20,000 nt of DNA from an uncultured virus (IMG/VR IMGVR_UViG_3300020214_000011) (IMGVR_UViG_3300020214_000011), one strand, 5' to 3'. Shown: positions 7,956 to 16,127, counted from the first letter of the stretch. Notes: generated by a model from the sequence alone, not told the origin. A program made the numbers and translations.

Positions 7956-7999
7956 AGACTACGGCGCGTCTGGACGAATTGCAACCTCCGGGGTAAAAT
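7956..7999. promoter_or_regulatory. Overlapping divergent promoters for whiB-helicase and thioredoxin
   Basis: Minus strand: TTGCAA(7984-7979)-17-TAGTCT(7961-7956). Plus strand: TGGACG(7971)-17-TAAAAT(7994)-6nt-ATG8006. Confidence 0.7.
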
Positions 8000-8005
8000 T
8001 TCATC

Positions 8006-8323
8006 ATGAGGAAGATAGACGAGGCGGAGTTCAACGAGCTGGTGGCCCAGGGCGGGCCGATGGTCGTGGACATGTGGGCCGAGTGGTGCGGGCCGTGCAG
8101 GGTCATGGGACCGATGCTTGACAACATTTCCCGAGCCTACGAGGGGTCGGTCGCCTTCTACAAGTGCAACGTCGACGAGAACCCCCAGCTGGCGAGGCGC
8201 TTCAATGTGATGAGCATCCCGACGCTGCTCATGTTCCGCGACGGCAGGAAGGTCTCGTCGATCGTCGGAGCCACCGGCCCGGACAGGGTCGTGTCGGCGG
8301 TTGACGAAGCATTCGGGGACTGA
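8006..8323 (+). CDS. trxA: Thioredoxin
   Basis: WAEWCGPC active site and VMSIPTL; 105 aa. Confidence 0.95.
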   Translation: MRKIDEAEFNELVAQGGPMVVDMWAEWCGPCRVMGPMLDNISRAYEGSVAFYKCNVDENPQLARRFNVMSIPTLLMFRDGRKVSSIVGATGPDRVVSAVDEAFGD

Positions 8324-8324
8324 C

Positions 8325-8401
8325 TGGCGTCCTCGGCAGGAGTCGAACCTGCGACCTGCGGCTTAGGAAGCCGTCGCTCTATCCAGCTGAGCTACGAGGA
8401 C
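8325..8401 (-). tRNA. tRNA-Arg(CCU)
   Basis: GTCCTCG/CGAGGAC acceptor stem, D-arm GCTCAGCTGGATAGAGC, anticodon loop TT-CCT-AA, GGTTCGACTCC T-arm, encoded CCA. Confidence 0.95.
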
Positions 8402-8423
8402 AGAACTACGTCGACGTAGTATG

Positions 8424-8475
8424 AAGTCGGCCCCCGGGGTCGGAAAAGGGAGGGAGATCCCAGGGGCCGAACTTC
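8424..8475 (-). terminator. Imperfect GC-rich hairpin, probable terminator after the XRE gene
   Basis: GAAGTCGGCCCC...GGGGCCGAACTTC inverted repeat; no long U-tract. Confidence 0.4.
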
Positions 8476-8482
8476 AACTCGG

Positions 8483-8707
8483 TTAGATTCCCCTGAGGAA
8501 CGCCGAGAGCTTGGTGCCCAGCGCCGAGCAGAGACGGGTGAGCGTCTCGAGGCTGGGCGAGAAGTGTCCGCACTCAATTCGGTTGATCGTCTTGCGCTCG
8601 ACGCCGGCGGCGTCGGCGAGGGCGTTCTGCGACATGGCCGCCTTCTGTCGGGCCGAGCGGAGTCGCTTGGCGACCTCTTTCTCGACGATGCTGATGGTTT
8701 TCTTCAT
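8483..8707 (-). CDS. XRE/Cro-CI family HTH regulator (74 aa)
   Basis: RLRSAR..MSQNALADAAGVERKTINRIECG..PSLETL; AGGAGG RBS. Confidence 0.9.
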   Translation of the reverse strand: MKKTISIVEKEVAKRLRSARQKAAMSQNALADAAGVERKTINRIECGHFSPSLETLTRLCSALGTKLSAFLRGI

Positions 8708-8727
8708 GTTGGTCCTCCTGACCTTGG

Positions 8728-9027
8728 TTATATTGCTCCTTCGTTCACCACGGAGATGTCTCCCCCGCGGTGAGCGTACTGGTACATCGCAGCGCCTATG
8801 GTGTGGCAGTAGTCGCCTCGCGTGAATGTGATTCCGTCGCCGCGGTAGGTCGCGGACTTCTCGCCCGACTCGCCCCACTTGGCGGGCGCGGCGTCCCACA
8901 CGACGTACGGCATGAAGTCGTTCCACCTGATGCACAGGACGAGCCACCCGTCCTCCCTCGCCGTGAAGGCCACGATCGTTGCCCGTTGCTTCTCGAGCGG
9001 CATGCCGACCCTCATGATCTGACTCAT
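8728..9027 (-). CDS. Hypothetical phage protein
   Basis: AGGAGGAG RBS and ATGA overlap with the upstream gene. Confidence 0.75.
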   Translation of the reverse strand: MSQIMRVGMPLEKQRATIVAFTAREDGWLVLCIRWNDFMPYVVWDAAPAKWGESGEKSATYRGDGITFTRGDYCHTIGAAMYQYAHRGGDISVVNEGAI

Positions 9028-9272
9028 CGCTCCTCCTGGACGGTCGCCTCGGCGAGGTAGCCACAACCGTTGCCCTCGGGGTCGGCCATCGGCACGAAGG
9101 CCGTTCCGTCCTCGAACTCCACGACGACGGCGAACGCCTGGTGGTCGTAGGTCCACCCCATCTCGTGGCACTCAAGGCGCGTCAGGGGTCGGACCCGGGC
9201 GATTTTCTTGCCCGCCATCCACCCGTAGGCCTTGGAGACGAGCTCGTTTCGGGCGTCGATCTTCGTCGTCAT
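9024..9272 (-). CDS. Hypothetical phage protein (DPEGNGCG motif)
   Basis: GGAG RBS, ATGA overlap and GC3 bias. Confidence 0.75.
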   Translation of the reverse strand: MTTKIDARNELVSKAYGWMAGKKIARVRPLTRLECHEMGWTYDHQAFAVVVEFEDGTAFVPMADPEGNGCGYLAEATVQEER

Positions 9273-9670
9273 AGGGTCTCCCCATCTGCGACGAGGTAGG
9301 TCTTGTAGAACGAACCCGAGCCCTTGGCGGTGACCACCCATCCGAGGATCCGCGTCTTGTCGCCGTGGGTGTACAACTTCAACGAGTTGCGCAGGTAAAT
9401 GCGACCCTTCCTGGTGATGTTGGTGTCGGTGAGCTCCTCGTACACGGTCCAGACGGCCCCGCGCTCGTTGAGCACGAAACGCATCCTGGCGTCCACGCCC
9501 TCCATGTGACGGAACCGGTCGAGGGTCGCCTCGGTCGGATTGCCGTCGTCGCCGCGCTCGAACTCGTTCAGCTGACCAATCGGGCCCCACTCGGCGCGCA
9601 GGTCGGCGAGCGTCCCCACGCCGTCGGCGTGCTGGCTCATGAACTCGGCGGTCTCGGTCCTAACGGTCAT
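9269..9670 (-). CDS. Hypothetical phage protein
   Basis: 133-aa ORF in a tightly packed operon. Confidence 0.75.
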   Translation of the reverse strand: MTVRTETAEFMSQHADGVGTLADLRAEWGPIGQLNEFERGDDGNPTEATLDRFRHMEGVDARMRFVLNERGAVWTVYEELTDTNITRKGRIYLRNSLKLYTHGDKTRILGWVVTAKGSGSFYKTYLVADGETL

Positions 9671-9673
9671 CGC

Positions 9674-9730
9674 TCAGGTCCAGAGCCAGGTCATGAAACC
9701 GCAGAACGCGAAGAAGGAGAGCTCCCACAT
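9674..9730 (-). CDS. 18-aa hydrophobic micropeptide MWELSFFAFCGFMTWLWT (copy A)
   Basis: TGATG coupling to the upstream gene, exactly fills the intergenic gap, and has a paralog at 16566-16622. Confidence 0.75.
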   Translation of the reverse strand: MWELSFFAFCGFMTWLWT

Positions 9731-10143
9731 CAGGCGTCAACCTTGGTCTCGAGCTGGGTCACCATCACGGACACGACGGTTGTGGCCTCGCTGGCCTGGT
9801 CCACCGTCGCCTGGTCGATCACGTTCATCAGGAGGGCGCTTGCGACCAACTTCTGGTCGACCTCCTCCACGACGAGCTTCTTGAGCACCGCCGGCTTGAC
9901 GAGCTTGCGGAGCTTGTCCAGGATGATCTTGGTGCGGACCGTGCGGCGCACGAACACCTTGGACGAGAGGCCGGCGTCGTCGGTGATGACCGAGAACTCC
10001 ACGCCCTCCTTGGCGCACGCCTCGATGAAGTTCTGCTCGGCGAGCTTCTTGGCCTTGACCGCCTCGTCGTAGCACGACTTCGCTTCGGCGAACGCGCGGG
10101 CCGCCTGCATCGCGCTGGCTGGCTTCTTCTGCTTGTCTTTCAT
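9730..10143 (-). CDS. Hypothetical basic phage protein
   Basis: AAGGAG RBS before ATG10143; first gene after the promoter at 10182-10210. Confidence 0.8.
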   Translation of the reverse strand: MKDKQKKPASAMQAARAFAEAKSCYDEAVKAKKLAEQNFIEACAKEGVEFSVITDDAGLSSKVFVRRTVRTKIILDKLRKLVKPAVLKKLVVEEVDQKLVASALLMNVIDQATVDQASEATTVVSVMVTQLETKVDA

Positions 10144-10181
10144 GTCTTCTCCTTGGTAGGTAGTTGGATAACTTATGGGAC

Positions 10182-10210
10182 ACACTACGGACCCACGGGT
10201 GGTATTGCAA
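10182..10210 (-). promoter_or_regulatory. TTGCAA-class promoter
   Basis: GGGG-TTGCAA-17-TAGTGT with CCG before the -10. Confidence 0.7.
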
Positions 10211-10251
10211 CCCCAATCGCAAGTTTTTTCAAATGGCTACGCAGAAATTGC

Positions 10252-10267
10252 CGTGACATGAGTCACA
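10252..10267. promoter_or_regulatory. CRP/GlxR-like binding site
   Basis: CGTGA-N6-TCACA, a 9/10 match to TGTGA-N6-TCACA, in an intergenic region. Confidence 0.4.
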
Positions 10268-10455
10268 TCATTTTTACCGAACGTTCGTCCGTTCATGTCG
10301 TCAGATATAGGTGAGACGTCGGGGGCGGCGCCTTTCCCGTCCTCGGCGTCTCGTGAAGCCTTTCACTTGCGTTCGTTGCGTTTGGAACCACGAAACGGTA
10401 GTGCCTGGGGAGCCGAAACGGGAGCGTCACCGAGAGACGGGCATCCCCACCGATA

Positions 10456-10893
10456 TCAGAACAGGTCGTCCTCTTTCCCGGCTCCCAGCGCCCTCAGGAG
10501 CGCCCCGAGCCTCCTGATATCGCTGGTCTCGGCGACCTTGGCCGGGACGATCACGAGGAGGTTCCTGTTCTTGACTTTTGTCTTTGCCACGAGCCCGGCC
10601 GCCACGAGCTGGTCCACCGACTTCCTGATGGCCCCCTCGCTGACCCCGAGGAACACGGCCAGCGACCTCTGCGTCGCGTCGGGCGTCTCGGCCAGCGCCA
10701 CCAGCAGGCGACCCGCCGCGCTGAGGAGGGTTATCTCGTCCGGGGACGAGTAGTAGATGAGCCTGTGCTTCTCCAGCTGCTTCATCACCGTCTCCGCCAG
10801 CTTGCGCGCCTCGGCGTCGTCCCCGACGCTACCCCTCAGCGCCTTGGCGAGGGCGTCGTCGATCGCGTGCTTTCTGTATTCCCCGGTTGCCAT
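10456..10893 (-). CDS. Winged-HTH (MarR-like) DNA-binding protein
   Basis: LLVALAETPDATQRSLAVFLGVSEGAIRKSVDQLVAAGLV. TAGGAT-6nt-ATG10893 suggests a leaderless start; 10899 is the alternative. Confidence 0.8.
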   Translation of the reverse strand: MATGEYRKHAIDDALAKALRGSVGDDAEARKLAETVMKQLEKHRLIYYSSPDEITLLSAAGRLLVALAETPDATQRSLAVFLGVSEGAIRKSVDQLVAAGLVAKTKVKNRNLLVIVPAKVAETSDIRRLGALLRALGAGKEDDLF

Positions 10894-10953
10894 CGACATA
10901 TCCTATTGCGCGAACGCACCCCCGTGATGTAGGGTTGCTCGCAAGGAGGAGAT

Positions 10954-11307
10954 GTGGCCAAGGACACCAAGAAGACGACAAAGCAAAGCCGCGCGATCGA
11001 CAGGAAAATCGACGTGCTCTCTGAGAGGCTGAGGAAGATAAGGAAGAACTCGAACGAGGATGCGCAGCACCTCGTATGCCCAATGGCGAAGCTCATCTAC
11101 AAGCTCGAGGAGCAGGACCACGAGACGGGCCAGTGCCTCTACGACGCGCTGAACGACGAGCTCACCTCGACCAGCGACATAATACGCGAGATGAGGGCGT
11201 CGGGCCACCGCATATCCCGCCAGACGATTTACGACTACCGCAAGAGGGTGTGCGCCTGCGCCCACGACGACAAGTGCGGACTAGACGAGAAGTTCGGCGG
11301 CGAGTGA
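10954..11307 (+). CDS. Hypothetical protein, possible HTH plus Cys (Zn) DNA-binding protein
   Basis: AAGGAGGAG RBS; STSDIIREMRASGHRISRQTIYDYRKRVCAC. Confidence 0.7.
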   Translation: MAKDTKKTTKQSRAIDRKIDVLSERLRKIRKNSNEDAQHLVCPMAKLIYKLEEQDHETGQCLYDALNDELTSTSDIIREMRASGHRISRQTIYDYRKRVCACAHDDKCGLDEKFGGE

Positions 11308-11319
11308 ACGGGAGGAACA

Positions 11320-12546
11320 GTGAAAAGGGACAAACCGAACCAGAAGAGGCTGGCCGAGGGCATGAGACGGATCAAGGAGGGCTCCGAGGACAGGGCCCGC
11401 TCCAAGAAGGTCCTCAACGCCATCGAGGAGATGATCAGGGCCAAGGGCATAGACCTCGCCGACATCGGCTCGGTGAAGAAGGTGTCGATCTACCAGCAGG
11501 TCACCAAGGACGCCGAGGGCGAGTTCCAGGTGCACGACCTGCAGGCGATCCAGTTCTCCCCGGCGTGGGAGGAGGGGCCGAAGTGGGAGCTCCCCAAGCC
11601 AGGACCCTCCGTGCAAATACAAAAGTCCGAGGTCAAGGCGAGGTCGTCTAGGGGCAGGAAGACGGCCGTCATCGTGCCCGATATACAGATCGGGTACTTC
11701 CGCGACGTCGACAGCCAGCTGATCCCCACCCACGACGAGAGAGCTATCGCCATAGCGATGGCGATGATCAGGGACATCCAGCCCGACCAGGTGGTGATGC
11801 TCGGCGACAACCTGGACCTGCCCGAGTTCGGCAAGTACAGGCTCAGCCCGGCGTTCGCCCTGACCACGCAGGCGTCGATCGACAGGGCGACCACGCTGTG
11901 CGCCGAGATCAGGTCGGCCTCGCCCAAGTCCAAGGTCGTGTGGCTGGCCGGCAACCACGAGGAGAGGCTCACCAACTACATCCTTGACAACGCCAAGGCC
12001 GCCTTCGGCATCACCAAGGGCAACACCCCGCAGACCTGGCCCGACATGTCCATCCCGTCGCTGTGCAGGATGGACGAGTACGGCGTCGAGTTCGAGAGCG
12101 GCTACCCGGCCGGGCGCTACCTGATCAACAAGCAGCTGGCCTGCATCCACGGCAACAGGGTCCGCTCGAAAGGCTCCACGGCCCACATCTACCTCAACGA
12201 GCAGAAGCTCTCGGTGATATACGGGCACATCCACAGGATCGAGCTGGCCTACAGGACCCGCCACGACTGGGACGGGGCCCGCACCATCATGGCGGCCAGC
12301 CCCGGCACGCTCGCCCGCATAGACGGCGCCGTGCCTTCCACCAAGGGCGGGGTGGACGCGTGGGGGCGCCCGAAGACCGTCGTCGAGGACTGGCAACAGG
12401 GCGTCGGGCTCGTCACCTACGAGGAAACCGGCAAGAACCTGTTCAGCTACGAGGTGGTGACGATCTACGACGGCTACGCCATATTCAGGGGCAAGGAGTA
12501 CGACGCCCGCAAGGCCAAGGCACCCAACCTCAAGCAGGCCTCATAG
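11320..12546 (+). CDS. Calcineurin-like metallophosphoesterase
   Basis: PDIQ, LGDNLD, GNHE, IHG and GHIH motifs; GGAGG RBS. Confidence 0.88.
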   Translation: MKRDKPNQKRLAEGMRRIKEGSEDRARSKKVLNAIEEMIRAKGIDLADIGSVKKVSIYQQVTKDAEGEFQVHDLQAIQFSPAWEEGPKWELPKPGPSVQIQKSEVKARSSRGRKTAVIVPDIQIGYFRDVDSQLIPTHDERAIAIAMAMIRDIQPDQVVMLGDNLDLPEFGKYRLSPAFALTTQASIDRATTLCAEIRSASPKSKVVWLAGNHEERLTNYILDNAKAAFGITKGNTPQTWPDMSIPSLCRMDEYGVEFESGYPAGRYLINKQLACIHGNRVRSKGSTAHIYLNEQKLSVIYGHIHRIELAYRTRHDWDGARTIMAASPGTLARIDGAVPSTKGGVDAWGRPKTVVEDWQQGVGLVTYEETGKNLFSYEVVTIYDGYAIFRGKEYDARKAKAPNLKQAS

Positions 12547-12554
12547 GGGGCTCC

Positions 12555-12600
12555 AGGGGGTGGCGTGCTTGTCCACTAGGCCGACAAGCGCCCCTTTTTT
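12555..12600 (+). terminator. Intrinsic terminator
   Basis: GCTTGTC..GACAAGC stem with flanking G/C pairing, followed by T6. Confidence 0.6.
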
Positions 12601-12657
12601 CCCTCCTTGTGAGACCGTCCCAAAGAAGCAACCAGCACCAGACACGGGGAGGAACAG

Positions 12658-13305
12658 ATGACCACCATAATCGCCGTGCAGGGGGAGGGCTGGTGCGTGA
12701 TCGGGTGGGACTCCCGGATCTCCAACACCTCCGACGACGGGGACTCCGAGACCCACGTGCTGTCGGACAGCCAGCGCAAGGTCGTCCAGAACGGGCCCTG
12801 GCTCATCGGGGCGGCTGGCGACCTGAGGGCGATCAACATCCTCTCCCACAACTTCACCCCGCCCGTCCCCAGGCCGACGCTCGTCGGCTCGGCGCTCGAC
12901 AAGTTCGTCTCCACCGACTTCGTCCCCGCCCTCAGGGACGTGATGGAGAAGTCGGGCTACGCCCCGATCCACAAGGAGTCCCCGGGGAAGTGCGAGTTCG
13001 AGAGCGAGCTGATAGCCGCGGTGAACGGCAGGATCTACGGGGTGGACGGCGACTACAGCTGGATCAACGAGGCCTCGGGCCTCTACTCGGTGGGCAGCGG
13101 ATCCCGCTACGCGCTGGGGGCGATGGCGGCGACCGGGTGGGGCAGGTCCCAGCTGGCCGCCCGCAACGCGGTCCTGAAGGCGCTGTCGGTCGCAAGCAGG
13201 TTCGACCCGGGCACGGGGGCGCCGTTCCACGTCGCCACGCAGCAGACGAAGGAGCGCGACGAAAGTAGCGGCAAGAAAATTAGGCGCACCAAAAAGAGTC
13301 GCTAG
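12658..13305 (+). CDS. HslV/proteasome beta-subunit-like Ntn threonine protease
   Basis: N-terminal M-TTIIAV, DSR, conserved Lys (RKV), AGD, GSGSRYALGAM and DPGTG. Confidence 0.85.
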   Translation: MTTIIAVQGEGWCVIGWDSRISNTSDDGDSETHVLSDSQRKVVQNGPWLIGAAGDLRAINILSHNFTPPVPRPTLVGSALDKFVSTDFVPALRDVMEKSGYAPIHKESPGKCEFESELIAAVNGRIYGVDGDYSWINEASGLYSVGSGSRYALGAMAATGWGRSQLAARNAVLKALSVASRFDPGTGAPFHVATQQTKERDESSGKKIRRTKKSR

Positions 13306-13360
13306 CCAAAGCAGGAATTGACCCGTAGCCAGCCGGTAGGTTTGCCCCTAGGGAGGCGAC

Positions 13361-13726
13361 ATGCCGAGGAAGAGGGAGCCCGAGGAGGGCAAGCGGCCGA
13401 AGAGAACCGCGCCAGCGAAACCGGCGTCTGCGCCGGCGGGCGTCGATATGCCAAGAACCGAGTGGATGGCGAGGGCCAGGTGCAAGGGGGAAACCGACAA
13501 GATGTTCCCCAAGGGGCACAAGGACATCAGCTACATCCAGGAGGCGCGCGAGATGTGTGCGAACTGCACGGTCAGGCACCACTGCCTGGACTACGCGCTG
13601 GAGTTCCCGGCGGCCGACATGCACGGCGTGTGGGCGGGCCTGACGTCGAGGCAGCTGGCGGCCGAGCAGAAGCGCAGGAGGATCCAGCCGACGAGGCCGA
13701 CGCTCAGCCAGATGTGGGGCGAGTGA
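13361..13726 (+). CDS. whiB: WhiB-family transcription factor with a basic N-terminal extension
   Basis: WMARARC, MFP, CANCTVRHHC and GVWAG; GGAGG RBS. Confidence 0.92.
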   Translation: MPRKREPEEGKRPKRTAPAKPASAPAGVDMPRTEWMARARCKGETDKMFPKGHKDISYIQEAREMCANCTVRHHCLDYALEFPAADMHGVWAGLTSRQLAAEQKRRRIQPTRPTLSQMWGE

Positions 13727-13927
13727 ATCCGCCCCGGCCCGGAAACGCGCAAGGGCCGCCGCGGTGGCGGTGCGGGCGGTTATCGTTGATTTTGTAGTTG
13801 CTAGGAAACCGGCCGGAATGTAAGTAGCCGGCCAGAAGCGGCGAAAAAAAAATTGAAACTACGCGTGCGCGAGCTGATTTATGCGAGACTATCGGAAAAA
13901 AATACACGCCCGGGCGCGCGTCCCGAT

Positions 13928-14269
13928 TTATCCGACGCGGATCCCGCACTCGTCGCAGAACTCGTGGCCGTCCAGACGCACCAGCCTCTGATCGCACCTG
14001 GTCCTCCCGCAGGGCCTGGTGAGCTTGTCGCCGGTTGCGTAGGCGGCGAGCACCTCGGCTATCGTCGGGTTGGGACGGCCCTCCGGCGGGGACGGCAGCC
14101 CCCTGTCGGCCCTCTCGGCCTCCCTGATCGCGTTGGAGACGAGGGCGTTGAGCGAGATGTCCTCGCGCTCGCAGATGGCCAGCACCCGGCCCTTCAGCCA
14201 GCCCGGTATCCGCACGCAGATCTGGTGGAGCTCGTCGTCGCCCCTAGGCGGCGTCGGTTGGCGGGGCAT
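13928..14269 (-). CDS. Ribbon-helix-helix protein with a C-terminal Cys4 Zn-finger-like motif
   Basis: ICVRIPGWLKGRVLAICEREDISLNALVSNAI, plus CGRTRC..FCDECG. Confidence 0.7.
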   Translation of the reverse strand: MPRQPTPPRGDDELHQICVRIPGWLKGRVLAICEREDISLNALVSNAIREAERADRGLPSPPEGRPNPTIAEVLAAYATGDKLTRPCGRTRCDQRLVRLDGHEFCDECGIRVG

Positions 14270-14429
14270 CCCTGAGCACCAGTGCCTTGAGGTAGTCGGT
14301 GATCGACATGTCGTAGCCGTCGGACACCTCGACGAGGTGGTTCTTGAACCAGGCGGGCACGCGGATGGTCACCGTCGCCCAGTCGCCGTCGGCCCTCTTC
14401 GCCGGTCTGCCACCCCTCCCGATCGCCAC
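14244..14429 (-). CDS. Ribbon-helix-helix (CopG/Arc-like) protein
   Basis: GGRP..VTIRVPAWFKNHLVEVSDGYDMSITDYLKALV; TAGCCT-7nt-GTG. Confidence 0.75.
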   Translation of the reverse strand: MAIGRGGRPAKRADGDWATVTIRVPAWFKNHLVEVSDGYDMSITDYLKALVLRDAPPTDAA

Positions 14430-14448
14430 GCGCGCGAGGCTACTACGG

Positions 14449-14922
14449 TCAGTCCGATTGCGAGGGAACCCCGAAGTTCTCCGTCTCCCAGTCGGCGAGC
14501 TTGTCGCGGTACGCGCGGAAGAAGAGCTCGCGGTCGCCGTTGGTGTGCAGCTCGAGCGCCTCGCGCCCGCCGAGGGAGGCCAGCGTCGCGGCGACGACGG
14601 GGTGCATCCTCTCGACGGAACCGACGCCCGTGCGCGACCCGTCGGCGATCCTGCGGAGCTGCGCCCACGCCTCCCACTCCCTGGGTGGTTGGTCGCCCCT
14701 GGTCGACAGCGCGATCCTGCGGACGGTGCCGGGCCTCGGGAGCCAGTTGGAGTCCTGCGCCACGAGGCGGCGGTATGCGTGGCGGGCCTCCTTGACGCTG
14801 ACGTCGGACAAGAAGCGGGCCCAGGTGGAGAGCAGCTCGTCCCAGTCCGTCCCCTTGGGGATGCGCTCGTTCCAGGCGTTGTAGAAGGCCACGACCACCC
14901 TGCCGGCGGAGTCCTGGTCCAT
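14449..14922 (-). CDS. Replicative helicase loader/inhibitor (SPP1 G39P-like N-terminal domain)
   Basis: W..FLSDVS..EA..A...V..DS.WLPRPG.VR followed by EAW..LGG..FFRAY. TGATG-coupled to the upstream replication gene. Confidence 0.65.
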   Translation of the reverse strand: MDQDSAGRVVVAFYNAWNERIPKGTDWDELLSTWARFLSDVSVKEARHAYRRLVAQDSNWLPRPGTVRRIALSTRGDQPPREWEAWAQLRRIADGSRTGVGSVERMHPVVAATLASLGGREALELHTNGDRELFFRAYRDKLADWETENFGVPSQSD

Positions 14923-15320
14923 CAGAAGTCGGTGCCCTTGGGCCTCGAGCGGTTCTCCCTGGCGATCTCGCAGAACCTCTCGATCTTGGCCGCGTCGCGC
15001 AGTATGAGCTCGACGTCGTCGTACTTGCGCCCGCGGTCGTTGTCGCCCTGGTGGAAGGGGCTGAGCTTGCAACCGGCTATCGCCTCCAGGCACGTTGCGA
15101 CGCCGTAGGTGACCACGGCCCACGAGATCCTCTCGCGGCGCTCCTCGGTGAGCTTGACCCTGTTCTCCTGGCCGGCGCGGTGCACGCGCACCCACTCCTC
15201 CCACACGGTCCTGACGTCGTCCTGGTCGGCCGACTCGCTGCTCTTCCTGCGCCGCGCGTACTTGCGCTGCGCGTGGTTCCTCCTGGGTTTCGGCTCCGTC
15301 ACGAACAACACCCCCTGCAC
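14922..15320 (-). CDS. Replisome-organiser C-terminal-domain-like protein
   Basis: VWEEW..KLTEERRERI..AIAGCKLSPFHQGDNDRGRKYDDVELILR resembles the C-termini of phage initiators. Leaderless promoter TTGATT-17-TATGAT-6nt-GTG15320. Confidence 0.6.
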   Translation of the reverse strand: MQGVLFVTEPKPRRNHAQRKYARRRKSSESADQDDVRTVWEEWVRVHRAGQENRVKLTEERRERISWAVVTYGVATCLEAIAGCKLSPFHQGDNDRGRKYDDVELILRDAAKIERFCEIARENRSRPKGTDF

Positions 15321-15931
15321 GGGAAGATCATAGGCCACCCGGGCCGCCGAATCAAGCCCGATTGCGCGCCCGTTTTTGCACAGAGCCCCACCGAACTGCT
15401 GCGAACGCCTCGCACGGACCCTCTGTAGAGAATACGTACCATTCGTTGTACTTAAGGTCATCCGATCGCACACGGAGTCACCCAGGTCGTATCGCAACGA
15501 ACCTTTGTTCGTTGCAGTACGACGAACGAACCGACCCTTCGGCTCCGTCGTCCACGAAGGAGGGCAGGTATCACGACTGACTTTTTTTGAACTCTTCTAG
15601 CGCGAAAGCGCCGCCCATGTCAAGGGCCTTGGTGGTCTTTTTTCGGGGATCGCGGGCGGAGGGGGGTCCCGTGGGCTACAATCGGCTTCGCTCGGTCTCA
15701 ACCCCCCTTGTCCGAGCCGCGGGTCGCCGCCCGGGTCTTTTCTCCTTTCTTCCCGCGGCGGCGGCTCGCTCATCCGCCACCGTCGCGGCCCCCGGCCACG
15801 CGCCGGCCCGTCATCCGCCACCGTCGGAAGGCCTGGTCAAAGCGGTCGCCCCGCGCGACGCTCTGCGGTCCCGTATCCCAATCGCCACTCCGGAGCCCCG
15901 AGGGGGTTCGTCTGGGGGGGGGGCAGGGGGG

Positions 15932-16082
15932 GGCTGGACTCTGGAACGACGCGTGGGGAGCCGGATCCCGACGGCTCGCGACGCCCGCAGGGGCTGGACT
16001 CGGGAGCGCCGCGGACGGTACGCAGGAGGCGCCGGTACGGCCGTTTCGGTACCTGCGCGGGGCCCGGCTGGACTCAGGAGCG
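15932..16082 (+). repeat. Three spaced copies of GGCTGGACTCNGGARCG
   Basis: Copies start at 15932, 15992 and 16066. Confidence 0.85.
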
Positions 16083-16127
16083 CGCCGCGAGTCGCGTTCT
16101 GGTACGGCCGTTAAGCCGTTTCGGTGC

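Noticed and set aside
7682..7984. N-terminal extension of the SNF2 ORF to 7984
   Set aside because: It overlaps the whole whiB gene and its promoter; GTG7681 gives a standard GTGA overlap.
13727..13927. Possible ncRNA between convergent genes
   Set aside because: Only imperfect GC hairpins and A-tracts, adequately explained as termination signals.
15932..16082. CRISPR-like repeat-spacer array
   Set aside because: Repeats are only 17 bp and degenerate, with uneven periods (60 and 74 bp).
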